The notes beneath the pieces are model-generated. The model was not told the origin of the DNA, did no database searches, and saw only the letters and a list, made by a program, of their open reading frames with translations. A DNA stretch of 64,000 nt from Thermoanaerobaculia bacterium (GTDB lineage Bacteria > Acidobacteriota > Thermoanaerobaculia > Multivoradales > UBA5704): the NCBI GenBank assembly GCA_044226625.1, contig JBGAGQ010000025.1, positions 1 to 64,000 of the forward strand. The letters run 5' to 3'. Every line of letters begins with the position of its first letter. The first letter of the stretch is position 1. This document shows positions 18,049-27,078 of this stretch, one piece after another. The translations under genes were made by a program, and so were the position numbers.

Positions 18049-18683
18049 GGAGACAGGGGGCGATCGGCGCCCGAGAGCTCGCGATATAGCCAGGCGCGGG
18101 CGAGCGTCCAGTCGCGGCGGACCGTCCGCTCCGACAGGCCGAGCGCCCGCGCCGTCTCGCGCTCGTCGTAGCCGGCGAAGAACCGGCACTCGACCACCCG
18201 GGCGAGGCGGGCCGACTGCCGGGCGAGGCGTCCCAGCGCTTCGTCGAGGGCGAGGAGGGTCTCGTCGTCCGCGGAGCCCGAATCGATCCGGGCATCGTGA
18301 GCGGTGTCGAGAACGTCGAGCGGCAAGTGCGCGGCTCCTCCACCGCGCTTGGCCGCCCGCCGCGCCTCGGCGTGGTTGACCAGCGCGTGCCGCATCGCGA
18401 GAGCCGCCGCGCGCAGGAAATGCGCCTCGTCGTTCCAGCTTCGCGTGCCGCGGAGCTTCAGATAGGCCTCATGGACCAGAGCGGTGGTGTGCAGAGTTCT
18501 CCCCGCACCGGCCCGCGAGCGCTCGCGCCGCGCCAGGCGCTTCAAATCGGCGTAGAAGATCGGCAATAGCTCGTCGACGAGGTGGCGAACTTCCGGCGGA
18601 AGGGGATCGTCCCAAGCGGACGATCGGTTCGCCGCGCCCGACGCGGTTCCCGGTTCCGCCTTTCTCTCGCCCGCGTCGTCCAT
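18045..18683 (-). CDS. ECF sigma factor, kinase-associated TIGR02999-like family
   Basis: TLHTTALVHEAYLKL, AMRHALVNHAEARRAAKRGGG, VVECRFFAG, SERTVRRDW..ARAWL. Confidence 0.9.
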   Translation of the reverse strand: MDDAGERKAEPGTASGAANRSSAWDDPLPPEVRHLVDELLPIFYADLKRLARRERSRAGAGRTLHTTALVHEAYLKLRGTRSWNDEAHFLRAAALAMRHALVNHAEARRAAKRGGGAAHLPLDVLDTAHDARIDSGSADDETLLALDEALGRLARQSARLARVVECRFFAGYDERETARALGLSERTVRRDWTLARAWLYRELSGADRPLSP

Positions 18684-18844
18684 CCCGCCATCGTACCGCG
18701 CGGAGTCGGTCCCGTCCTCGGCGGTGCTTCAGGTTGGGATAGGGGAGTACGGGGAAAGCAAGCAACGACAAGGCATGCTGAAGTAAGATAACGCAAAGCC
18801 GGTGCCATTAATCCTCGGGGCAACAAGGAGGCAAGGGACTCTCC

Positions 18845-19624
18845 ATGGATGACGCTTCTCTGGACACGATTCGTCCTTACCTTCTCGACTATGCCGAGGG
18901 TATCCTCTGGATGTTCGCTGCAGTTTCGCTGTGCAGCTCACCCGGAGCGTTTGCCAAGCACGCTCAGGCATTTGACACCTTCTTGGGTCAACTACCCAAC
19001 CTTCGGATGCCAGATCTGGTGATCGGGCTGATCGTTCTGATCATCGGCATTATTCTGCCGTACTGTGTCTCTGTGACTCTGCGACCCGTCGCGATGTTGT
19101 TACTCAACTGGCAGCTTAGCTTTCAGCGCCGAGTAACCCGCCGGCAGGTGCAAGAGCAGGCTTGGCTTCGTGGTCACGAGGAGCTTCAGAGGCATCTCGG
19201 ATTAGGGTGCAGGATCTCGGCTGACTTCTGCATGATGGCCCTCGAAGCGACACAGCCCACCGTGGCGCGAAGGCTGCGGAATTCCTATCGCGACTTAGCT
19301 TTTCGAGCCAGAGCTATTCTGCCAGCTGCCTTGATTCTCGCTTCGGCCTCAGCCTTTATTCTCGAGAGCCTATTTCGACTTACTTTTCCAGCGGTCGTAT
19401 CGATCGGTCTGGCGCTCGCTTTTTTCGCGCTAGGATCTTGGGCCGCCAATGCCGACCTCGAGCAGTTCCATGAAGGACTCGGAGCTACGATCCTTCTCTT
19501 ACTTCCGAAGCTTGCGGTCGCTGTGCCAGCTAACGGGTGTTCAGGGCACACCGTCCTCGGTCTTGGGCCAAATGCGCCCGATGGCTCGCCCGCTCCGCGC
19601 CCGGAGGCAACTTCAAGCCCGTGA
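18845..19624 (+). CDS. Hypothetical membrane protein (lower GC)
   Basis: About 4 hydrophobic segments; codon usage less GC-biased than the flanks. Confidence 0.55.
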   Translation: MDDASLDTIRPYLLDYAEGILWMFAAVSLCSSPGAFAKHAQAFDTFLGQLPNLRMPDLVIGLIVLIIGIILPYCVSVTLRPVAMLLLNWQLSFQRRVTRRQVQEQAWLRGHEELQRHLGLGCRISADFCMMALEATQPTVARRLRNSYRDLAFRARAILPAALILASASAFILESLFRLTFPAVVSIGLALAFFALGSWAANADLEQFHEGLGATILLLLPKLAVAVPANGCSGHTVLGLGPNAPDGSPAPRPEATSSP

Positions 19625-19733
19625 GGGGCTTTCGGGTGATCGTCGGAACGAGTTATTGATCGCGCGGGAGTGCTGGCGGCCTCGATCTTTGCGGCCGACG
19701 CGTCGGCGCCGCTCGCATGCGGAAGGAGAATCC

Positions 19734-20091
19734 ATGGCAACCCCGCTCACCCGTTCGAAGGACGATCCGTGGAAGCTGAGGACGCCTCCCGGAACGTCCG
19801 AGTACACGATGCATACCGACGAGAGACGCCCGATGCATCGACGACCTGCACGAGATGCTCCGGAAGGCGGGGGATTGGGTGGAGCTCGGGGGTGCCGACG
19901 AACAGAAACCGGCCAAGGAAGGGACAGTCGAGAGTTGGGGGCGCTCCGAGTCGAATCCCGTCGGCGGCTGGTATGGCTTGAAAAAGGGACTGCGGGGTCG
20001 CTTCGGGGTCTACATCCCGCCCCTGATGGAGGCCTTGGACCTCTGCGAGCTCGAACACAACGCCAAGAACAACCGCATGCGCGCCAAGTAG
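19734..20091 (+). pseudogene. Conserved hypothetical protein (DUF6855-like) with an internal deletion and frameshift at about 19825
   Basis: AAGGAG RBS; N-part KDDPWKLRTPPGTSEYTM and C-part CIDDLHEML...GGWYGLKKGLRGRFGVYIPP...EHNAKNNRMRAK are in different frames, and the linking segment I recall for this family is missing. Confidence 0.65.
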
Positions 20092-20236
20092 TCACTTCAA
20101 GAAGCGAGGCCGCCCTCGGTCTCGCAGCCATCGCCCTGAAACAACCTTGCCTCGGCCGTAGGGCCGGCCGCGATGCGATTTCGAGCTTCTTCTGGCGTCT
20201 TTTATCGAGCCTCAATTTCCTTCGAAGGAGGTCTCG

Positions 20237-21337
20237 ATGCTGGATCGACTTCTGGCCCCCTTTTTCGCCCAGTTGGCATTGAAGGTCGGATGGATCATAA
20301 CGTTGTGGATTGGCCTGTTGCTGGCGGCGGCCGCGATCTTCTCCCGAGGTCGCTTGCGGGATTTCTTGAGCAGTCTGGGGCAACTGGTCGCCGCTGTCGT
20401 CACGAGCCCGTTCGCCTACCTTCGCAAGGCTGTCCTGGCGCTCTGCGACTACGGTCGGCGTGGCAACGCCGTATTTGGTGGAACCGATCAGTTCCTTTTA
20501 AGCCGGCTGGTCGTTTTCCTTGATGCCGGTGTCGTTTTGCTCTCGCTCGGCGTGCTGGCGGGGGGAATCGTCGAGAGCTTTGAGGTTCTGGTGCCGCCTG
20601 CCGAGGTACGAGAAGCGCTCGCGAGGACGGAAGAAGCGCTCGTTCAACAGATGCGTCGCCTGGAGGAAACAAAGCGACAAGTCTCGGACCTCGACAAGGC
20701 CTGGACCGCCGAAGGGGCGAAGATCGAAAAGGCGTTTCGTGAACCACGGGAGAAGGTCCAACGAGCCGAGAAGCAGGTACGGGCCCGGATCGAGTCCCAA
20801 ATCGTCCCGGAGACGCCGCTCTCAAGCGCGATAGAAGCCGCGAAGCAGGCGATTACGAATCAAGGCGAGCCGGATTCCGAGACCGCCGCCGCCTACACTC
20901 GAAATTCCGCGCGTTCCTGGCTATGGTATCTCGATGGACCGGGGCAGGAGGCACTCACGAGCTGGACCGAGAGCTGGTATCGGGAGGCGATCGCCAGTAT
21001 CGAGCTACGGGAGGTTTCGGCCGAGAGTCTTCGAGCCCAGAAGCAACCGAACTATGGCCAACTCTCGGCCGAGAAATCCGATCTTGAATCCCAGATCCAA
21101 GCGACGACGACAAGCCGCGACGAACTCCGGCGCGAGGCTAGGCTGCGATTCGGCCCGGCATTTCGCCAGTTGGTCATGGCGGCCGTATCGCTTCTCGCCT
21201 TGGTATGGTGGCTAGGCCTTCTCTTAGAGGCCCTCGGACTGGCTCTTCATCTGACCAACGACGTTCGCCGCCTGCGCGAGAAGATCGTGATCGAAGAAGG
21301 GGTACTTGTGGTTCAAGTGCCAACTCCAGAAGGCTGA
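20237..21337 (+). CDS. Hypothetical membrane protein with a coiled-coil domain
   Basis: AAGGAGG RBS; N- and C-terminal TM segments around a heptad-rich region. Confidence 0.7.
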   Translation: MLDRLLAPFFAQLALKVGWIITLWIGLLLAAAAIFSRGRLRDFLSSLGQLVAAVVTSPFAYLRKAVLALCDYGRRGNAVFGGTDQFLLSRLVVFLDAGVVLLSLGVLAGGIVESFEVLVPPAEVREALARTEEALVQQMRRLEETKRQVSDLDKAWTAEGAKIEKAFREPREKVQRAEKQVRARIESQIVPETPLSSAIEAAKQAITNQGEPDSETAAAYTRNSARSWLWYLDGPGQEALTSWTESWYREAIASIELREVSAESLRAQKQPNYGQLSAEKSDLESQIQATTTSRDELRREARLRFGPAFRQLVMAAVSLLALVWWLGLLLEALGLALHLTNDVRRLREKIVIEEGVLVVQVPTPEG

Positions 21338-21361
21338 CGGAGGGTTCGACCGAAAGGTCCT

Positions 21362-21793
21362 GTGAGCGCTAAACGCATCTTTCAAGCTGCCAGTTGGGTC
21401 GTGATCCTGGCGTTTCTCCTTCCCGTTATCGCGTACGCGATCTGTCTGTGGAAGATCTCAGGCCGCCCCAGCCCTGCGGATCCTGACCATTTCGCTACAT
21501 CCGAGCTTCGTTCGGCATGGGAGCGTTGGGGCGAACGGCTACCGTTGCGAGTCGAGTCGCTCGATCCCTGGAGATACACCTACCGAATTTGGTCGGGGAC
21601 CATGGACTTGGAGGGGGGAGGCCAACGGGCCGCTTGGCGGGTCGCCCGCGCGTACAACGCCGATCACTTGCCCCGTGAAGGGAGATCGACGTGGTGGCAT
21701 CCGTCCGGTGCGGCACTCACAATTTGGATAACCCGCAAATGGTCGGCAGAACAGATCGCCGCGACGCTCGCACGCGATCGACGATGTAGGTGA
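21362..21793 (+). CDS. Small membrane-anchored hypothetical protein
   Basis: GTG start, N-terminal TM helix, Trp-rich C-terminus. Confidence 0.55.
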   Translation: MSAKRIFQAASWVVILAFLLPVIAYAICLWKISGRPSPADPDHFATSELRSAWERWGERLPLRVESLDPWRYTYRIWSGTMDLEGGGQRAAWRVARAYNADHLPREGRSTWWHPSGAALTIWITRKWSAEQIAATLARDRRCR

Positions 21794-21829
21794 TTTTCGA
21801 ACGAGATTTGATTTGGCGCCGCCCCTTTC

Positions 21830-21987
21830 GTGGAGATCTCAGCCACCGTTTTCAATTCGCCGGGCAGCCACCGCGTGGTCCTGCGTAGCGGGGAGGTCGA
21901 ACACTCCCTGACCGACGCCGTCGCCGAGGTCCACAACACCCTACGGAAGGCGTCGCGGTCGAGCTCGTCCGGATGGACCCCGAGTAG
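21830..21987 (+). pseudogene. OsmC-like protein remnant (central part deleted)
   Basis: N-terminus MEISATVFNSPGSHRVVLRSG is fused directly to C-terminal TDAVAEVHNTLR, followed in another frame by GVAVELV...stop; the Cys-bearing core is absent. Confidence 0.55.
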
Positions 21988-22117
21988 TATCTCGGCACGA
22001 CGAGCGTCGAGATTCGCCTGCGCGCGCCGGGGCGCCGCCGCGAGAGCTACGCTCCGGCGAACCGTTCGCTGAACATTCAAGAGCGTGGGGCGTGCCCCCG
22101 TGCGAGAGAGGGGAGAA

Positions 22118-22861
22118 GTGGCCGCTGAAGCTGTCGCGACGCGACGAAACCGCTCGTGGTTCTACACCGGAATGGGAGCGGTGGCGCTTCTCGCCGTCGC
22201 GGTGGGATTCGGGCGCACCTATGCCGCTCCGATAGCGCGAGGTACCTTCTCGGCGCCGTTCGTCGTGCACCTCCATGGAGCGTTCGCGGTCTCTTGGGTG
22301 CTGCTGTTCGTGTTGCAGCCTCTCCTCCTCCGAAGAGCCGGCTTGAAATGGCATCGCCGCGTCGGCCGCGTGGGGTTGCCGCTCGCCGTGGGTGTGGCGG
22401 TGACCATGCTTCCTGCCGGCATGTTTCAAGCCACGCGAGATGCGGCCGCGGGGGCTGGGCCGACCGGAATTTCGGGCCTGCTCGGCGTCGTCACGTCGGC
22501 GATTCTGTTCACGACGCTCGTCGCCGCGGGCATCTGGGCGCGACGCGATCGTGAGGCGCATGCCCGTTGGATGCTCATCGCGACGCTTCTGGTGATCTGG
22601 CCGGCATGGTTCCGATTCCGGCACTGGTTTCCGTCGGTGCAGCGGCCCGACGTCTGGTTCGCTTTCGTGCTCGCCAATTTCTGGATCGTCGTCGCGATGG
22701 TGCGAGATCGCTTGACGCGCGGGGCCGTTCACCCCGTGCTCGCCTGGGCAGGCGGCGGGGTCGTCATCGAGCAGGCGCTCGAGTTGGTCGCCTTCGATTC
22801 CGTGCCGTGGCGGATGGCGGCGCAGTGGGTTTACGACGCGTTGCGGGCGGTGGGAGCGTAG
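22118..22861 (+). CDS. Multi-pass membrane protein
   Basis: About 7 TM helices; HLHG, HRRVGR, HARWM and HPV motifs; GGGGAG RBS before GTG at 22118. Confidence 0.75.
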   Translation: MAAEAVATRRNRSWFYTGMGAVALLAVAVGFGRTYAAPIARGTFSAPFVVHLHGAFAVSWVLLFVLQPLLLRRAGLKWHRRVGRVGLPLAVGVAVTMLPAGMFQATRDAAAGAGPTGISGLLGVVTSAILFTTLVAAGIWARRDREAHARWMLIATLLVIWPAWFRFRHWFPSVQRPDVWFAFVLANFWIVVAMVRDRLTRGAVHPVLAWAGGGVVIEQALELVAFDSVPWRMAAQWVYDALRAVGA

Positions 22862-23071
22862 GGCCACCGCGTCGGCGCGAGGGACAATTCGTCCCGCCGA
22901 TCTGCCGTTTCCAAGAGAGTTTGCACCTTGAAAGCGCCAATGCGATGGGCCCTTGCAAGGCAAGGTCCGAAATCCGAAGGTCGAAGGGCGGAGGTCCCGT
23001 AGAATCCGCTTCGATAAACTGTTGACCGCCAGCTCGACGGGAATCTTTGAGCTCAACCTCTCGGAGGCACC

Positions 23072-24397
23072 ATGAACAGCCAACGCCTCGTCGTCGTGGG
23101 TGCGGGGATCGCGGGCCTCACCGCCGCCTATCGCCTGAAGCGCGCGGGACACAACCCGATCGTGTTCGAGCGGGGTGAGAAAGTCGGCGGCCGGATGGCC
23201 ACCGACGTCGTCGACGGCTTCACGATCGACTACGGGGCTCAATTTCTCTACGACAACTTCTCGCTCTTGCCCCCGCTGATCCGAGAGGTCGGTCTGGCCC
23301 CCAAGTTCGTGGAGGGTGGCCAGACCCTCAGCATGCTCAAGGGAGGGCGCTGCCGGTCTTTTCGTGCCGACGACCTGCTCTCTCCTCTCAAATCGGGAAT
23401 CCTCGGCTTCGGCGCCTGGCTTCGCTTTGGGCTTTTCGGTTACGGAAGGCTCGCCGGCCAGGTCAAATCGCTGCCCATGAACGACATCACGGGCTGGACG
23501 CGGTATGACGACATGGACGCCGATACCTGGAGCCGTTCCGCCTTCGGCCGCGACGTCGCAGACTACGTGATCGAGCCCCAAAGCAACGGGTTCTATTTTC
23601 AGCACCCTCGCGAGATGTCGAGGGTGGTCCCGCTGGTCACCACGGCGCTCATGTTCTTCAAACAGGGCAAGTATTCGACGCTCGTCGGCGGGATCAACGA
23701 GCTGCCGCGACGGCTGGAGGAAGAGCTGGACGTGCGGCTGAATACTCCCGTTCGATCGGTTTCGATCCAGGACGGTGGAGTCGAGGTCGCGACGGATCAG
23801 GAGACTGTCCTCGCGGACCGGGTCATCCTGGCGTCGCCGGCTCCGATTGCTCGCGCGTTCTATCGCGATCCTTCGCCGATCGAGAAGGACCTCCTCGACA
23901 CGTCCTACAGCTCGACTCTCGTTGTGGCCTTTGCCACCAAGAGCTCGTTCCAAATCCCCCCCGCGATGGCCGGGCTGAACGGAATCCTGATGCCCGAAAA
24001 GGAGCGAGGCCCGCTCGTCGCGATCACCAACGAGCGGATCAAAGAGGAAACGAGGGCCACGGACGGCGAGCTGTTCCTCGCCTTCTTCTCCGGGACGGAA
24101 GGCGCGGCGAGGATCGATCAGCCCGAGGACGAAATCGTCGCTGTCGCGCTTCGAGACCTGGAGAAGTATCTGCCCGGTCTCTCCCAACACCTTCGGTTCG
24201 CCAAAGTCTATCGATGGAAGCAAGCCGCAGCCCGTATCCCCGTAGGGCGCGCCCGTAAGGTCGCCCAATATCGAGACGGCGTGAACGCCTCGACGCGAGT
24301 CTTCCTCGCGGGGGATTACATGGGGATTCCCTACACCGATGGTTCGGCCGAGACGGGTTGGTGGGCGGCGGGTGCGCTGCTCGAAACGTTGACCTGA
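23072..24397 (+). CDS. FAD-dependent oxidoreductase (protoporphyrinogen oxidase / amine oxidase-like)
   Basis: VVGAGIAGL Rossmann motif, VGGRM, DYGAQF, C-terminal LAGDY...DGSAETG; GGAGG RBS. Confidence 0.88.
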   Translation: MNSQRLVVVGAGIAGLTAAYRLKRAGHNPIVFERGEKVGGRMATDVVDGFTIDYGAQFLYDNFSLLPPLIREVGLAPKFVEGGQTLSMLKGGRCRSFRADDLLSPLKSGILGFGAWLRFGLFGYGRLAGQVKSLPMNDITGWTRYDDMDADTWSRSAFGRDVADYVIEPQSNGFYFQHPREMSRVVPLVTTALMFFKQGKYSTLVGGINELPRRLEEELDVRLNTPVRSVSIQDGGVEVATDQETVLADRVILASPAPIARAFYRDPSPIEKDLLDTSYSSTLVVAFATKSSFQIPPAMAGLNGILMPEKERGPLVAITNERIKEETRATDGELFLAFFSGTEGAARIDQPEDEIVAVALRDLEKYLPGLSQHLRFAKVYRWKQAAARIPVGRARKVAQYRDGVNASTRVFLAGDYMGIPYTDGSAETGWWAAGALLETLT

Positions 24398-24407
24398 TCG
24401 AGAGGTA

Positions 24408-24458
24408 CGCAAGGCGACGCGGTGGATCTACGACGCGCTGCGTCCGGCTGGCCCCTAG
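24408..24458 (+). pseudogene. 3'-end fragment of a paralog of the 22118-22861 membrane gene
   Basis: Translates RKATRWIYDALRPAGP* versus RMAAQWVYDALRAVGA* at 22811-22861. Confidence 0.55.
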
Positions 24459-24534
24459 GGGAGCGCTGGACCGACGAAGCAGGTACGGGTACATTGCCGT
24501 TGTCGCGGCGGCTCTAGGATGGATAGGGGGAGGT

Positions 24535-24948
24535 ATGGCGCAGGAGTTTGAGAATCTCGACATCTGGTTGTGTAGATTCCCTTCAGCCAAAGCGGCCGAC
24601 GCCTACTTCAAAGAAAGACATAGCGGCACACGGCCGATCTCGCAGTTCGCGGCGGACATGGGCGAGCGGTTCTACGACCACGATTTCATGGAGCGTGGAG
24701 ACTTTTTTGACCCACCGACCCATCAGGTCGCTGCGGTCATTGCGGAGCACTCTTTCTCGTCTTCGTACCTCTCGGAGGTCGTGGAGGCTTTTCGAACCAA
24801 TCCGTCGGAGCCGTTCAATATGGTTCTCCTCGTCTGGAACCGCGAGATCGAGCGGCCAGTTTCAGTCTCAGGCAAGGAACTCTCGCTTCACTACCTCGGT
24901 AGGTTTCGCTGCAACCCCAAGGCGAGCTCCGCGGCGTCGCAGGGTTAG
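24535..24948 (+). CDS. Immunity protein (Imm22-like)
   Basis: IWLCRF, SQFAADMG..FYDHDFME, SFSSSY and terminal YLGRF resemble the immunity-22 family; GGGAGG RBS. Confidence 0.6.
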   Translation: MAQEFENLDIWLCRFPSAKAADAYFKERHSGTRPISQFAADMGERFYDHDFMERGDFFDPPTHQVAAVIAEHSFSSSYLSEVVEAFRTNPSEPFNMVLLVWNREIERPVSVSGKELSLHYLGRFRCNPKASSAASQG

Positions 24949-24983
24949 CGGTCGACGGGACGGCGGCTCTTAGAAGGCGGCAC

Positions 24984-25093
24984 CTGCCCGATCCTTCGAC
25001 CGCCCAGGGAATTCCGAGAGCGGAGCTCTACCTCCAAGTCGCCGATCCTCAGGCCCACCACGCGAGGGCGCTGGCCGCAGGAGCGCGAGAGGT
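24984..25093 (+). pseudogene. VOC/glyoxalase-family gene fragment
   Basis: Translates LPDPSTAQGIPRAELYLQVADPQAHHARALAAGAREV, a VOC-like second-half motif with no start and no normal end. Confidence 0.5.
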
Positions 25094-25270
25094 CCTGAGA
25101 GATTCTCGGCAGGGATCGGGATAATCGATCTGCCTTTGCTTCCGGCTCGGCGGGCGTGAGGTACATTTCACCCTCGAGATGGAAGTAGAGCGACACATCG
25201 CGACCTGGGCCCCGTTGACGACTCGTTGGCCGCATGAGGACGAACGGTAGGGACCTACCTCCTTTTCCCC

Positions 25271-26431
25271 ATGCGCGTCCTCCTCATCGCCAACACCCTC
25301 CCGCCGCGCGACCTCTCCGGCGTGGGGGAGCAGGTGCTCCAGCTCGCCGCGGGTCTGACATCTCTGGGCCACGAGGTCGAGATCCTCGGCCGGAAGTCCG
25401 CAGAGCGCGACGGGGCTTCGGGGCCGAAGATCCTGTTTCCGCTGACGATCGTTCCGGCGACGTTTCGCGCCCTTCGCCGGTTCCGGCCCGACGTGGTCCA
25501 GGTGCACGAGTCGGACGGTGCGCTCGCGGCTTCTGCCGTTCGTTGGGCTCGCGGGAGGGCGAAACGCCCGCTGCTGCTCGCGCTCCTGCAGGTGAGCTAT
25601 GTCGAGGAGAAGAAGGCGGTCCGGCCGCTGGTGGCGGGCGGGCGGGAGGTCGGGCGCCCGGGGGCGGTGGAACGTCGGTTTCGGTGGCTCAAGGCTCCGA
25701 TCCAGATCTTCTTCGGCCGGTGGACGGTCCATCGCGCGGACGTGGTGATGGCGCCGAGCGCCACGACGGCGGAGGAGCTCGCCCGCGACTATGGCGCTCG
25801 CGAGGTGGAGGTGCTGCCGAACGCGACGGGGGGGCTCGCTCCCACCGGGCCGCCGGAGCGGCGGGCCGAGGATGGCGAGGGGTACCTGTTGTTCGTCGGC
25901 CGATTGCGCATCCGCAAAGGGGTGGAGGTGCTGTTCGAAGCGCTTCGGGCGAGGGCGGAGGGAGGGGCGCGGCCGGCCCGGCTTCTGATCGCCGGGGACG
26001 GCGAGCACCGGGCGGCTTTGGAAGCGAAGGCCACGGAATTGGGCTTGGCGGCTTCGGGTGCGGTATCCTTCGTCGGCCGCTCGAGCGCCCCGCGGGTGGC
26101 CGGACTCCTGTCGCGAGCCTCCGCTCTGGTCGTGCCTTCCACCTATGAGGGGATGCCGCTCGTAGTGCTCGAAGCGATGGCCGCGGGAGTACCGGTCGTC
26201 GCCAGTCGCGTGAGCGGAATCCCCGAGGTGGTGGTCGACGGTGAGACCGGCTGGCTGGTGCCGGCCGAAGATCCCGCGGCGCTCGGACGAGCGCTCGCCG
26301 AGGTCCTGGCGAATCCGGCCGAGGCGGCTCGACGGGGGGAGGCGGGGCGAAGGCGCGTGACCGAGCGCTATCGGCCCGAGGTCGTCGCCGAGCTCTGGCG
26401 GGAGATCGTCGAGCGGCGCGGTCCCGCGTAG
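25271..26431 (+). CDS. Glycosyltransferase family 4
   Basis: FVGRLRIRKG, PSTYEGMPLVVLEAMAAG (EX7E), GIPEVV. Confidence 0.92.
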   Translation: MRVLLIANTLPPRDLSGVGEQVLQLAAGLTSLGHEVEILGRKSAERDGASGPKILFPLTIVPATFRALRRFRPDVVQVHESDGALAASAVRWARGRAKRPLLLALLQVSYVEEKKAVRPLVAGGREVGRPGAVERRFRWLKAPIQIFFGRWTVHRADVVMAPSATTAEELARDYGAREVEVLPNATGGLAPTGPPERRAEDGEGYLLFVGRLRIRKGVEVLFEALRARAEGGARPARLLIAGDGEHRAALEAKATELGLAASGAVSFVGRSSAPRVAGLLSRASALVVPSTYEGMPLVVLEAMAAGVPVVASRVSGIPEVVVDGETGWLVPAEDPAALGRALAEVLANPAEAARRGEAGRRRVTERYRPEVVAELWREIVERRGPA

Positions 26432-26559
26432 AAACCAACCGGGCGTCTTACGACGGCCGAAGTCACCAGGGTAGACGGTTCTCCCCCTCCGGGAGGACGA
26501 CGAGGAACCGGCCGCGCCGGGAGGCGCTGCGGAAAGGGTACCGAGGAATCCCAAACGCC

Positions 26560-27078
26560 ATGCAGAACGGAGCGAACACCCCGAAACGGGGTTACCTGGG
26601 GCGCGGCCTGCTCGTCGTGGTCGGCTTGGCCGCCGTGGGGCTTTTGGCGGTGGCCGGCGGCGGCTACCACTGGTACGGCGACGTGCGGCTGCACGTCCTG
26701 CTCGCGCTCGTGATCTCGCTCCTGCTCCTGTTCGCCCACCTCTGGATGCTGATCTACCTCTCCGGAACCGGACGGCTGATCAGGAAAAGCGTCGCCGCGC
26801 ACGGATTCGATCCGAACGAGGACGATCTCCGCCGTCGCGCCGTCCGCCGCGCCCGGCTCTGGCTTCCGCTCGCGGCCCTAGGCGTGCTCGCCGCGTTCTT
26901 GTCGGGGGCGGTGGCGATGATCCGTCAGGGAGAGCTCTACCCTCGCTATTGGCACCACGCGATCTTTTTCGCCGCGCTCGCGCTCCAGCTTGCGGCGCTC
27001 TGGACCGCGCGGCCGGCGCTGATGGAGACCGAGCGGCGCATCCGCGCCCTCGATGGCCGGATCGGAAACGCGGCATGA
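26560..27078 (+). CDS. Four-TM membrane protein
   Basis: Four hydrophobic segments with His residues; its stop overlaps the next start (ATGA). Confidence 0.7.
   Translation: MQNGANTPKRGYLGRGLLVVVGLAAVGLLAVAGGGYHWYGDVRLHVLLALVISLLLLFAHLWMLIYLSGTGRLIRKSVAAHGFDPNEDDLRRRAVRRARLWLPLAALGVLAAFLSGAVAMIRQGELYPRYWHHAIFFAALALQLAALWTARPALMETERRIRALDGRIGNAA

Noticed and set aside
13771-18189. 1472-aa minus-strand ORF and other long shadow ORFs (e.g. 21941-24412, 36807-38726, 56429-58537, 61529-63925)
   Set aside because: They lie antisense to well-supported genes, are Arg/Gly/Ala-rich without motifs, and are expected in high-GC DNA.
21362-21793. Transglycosylase-like protein
   Set aside because: There is only a faint resemblance in the C-terminal W-S-x-E-Q-I segment; the catalytic EDxxF motif is absent.
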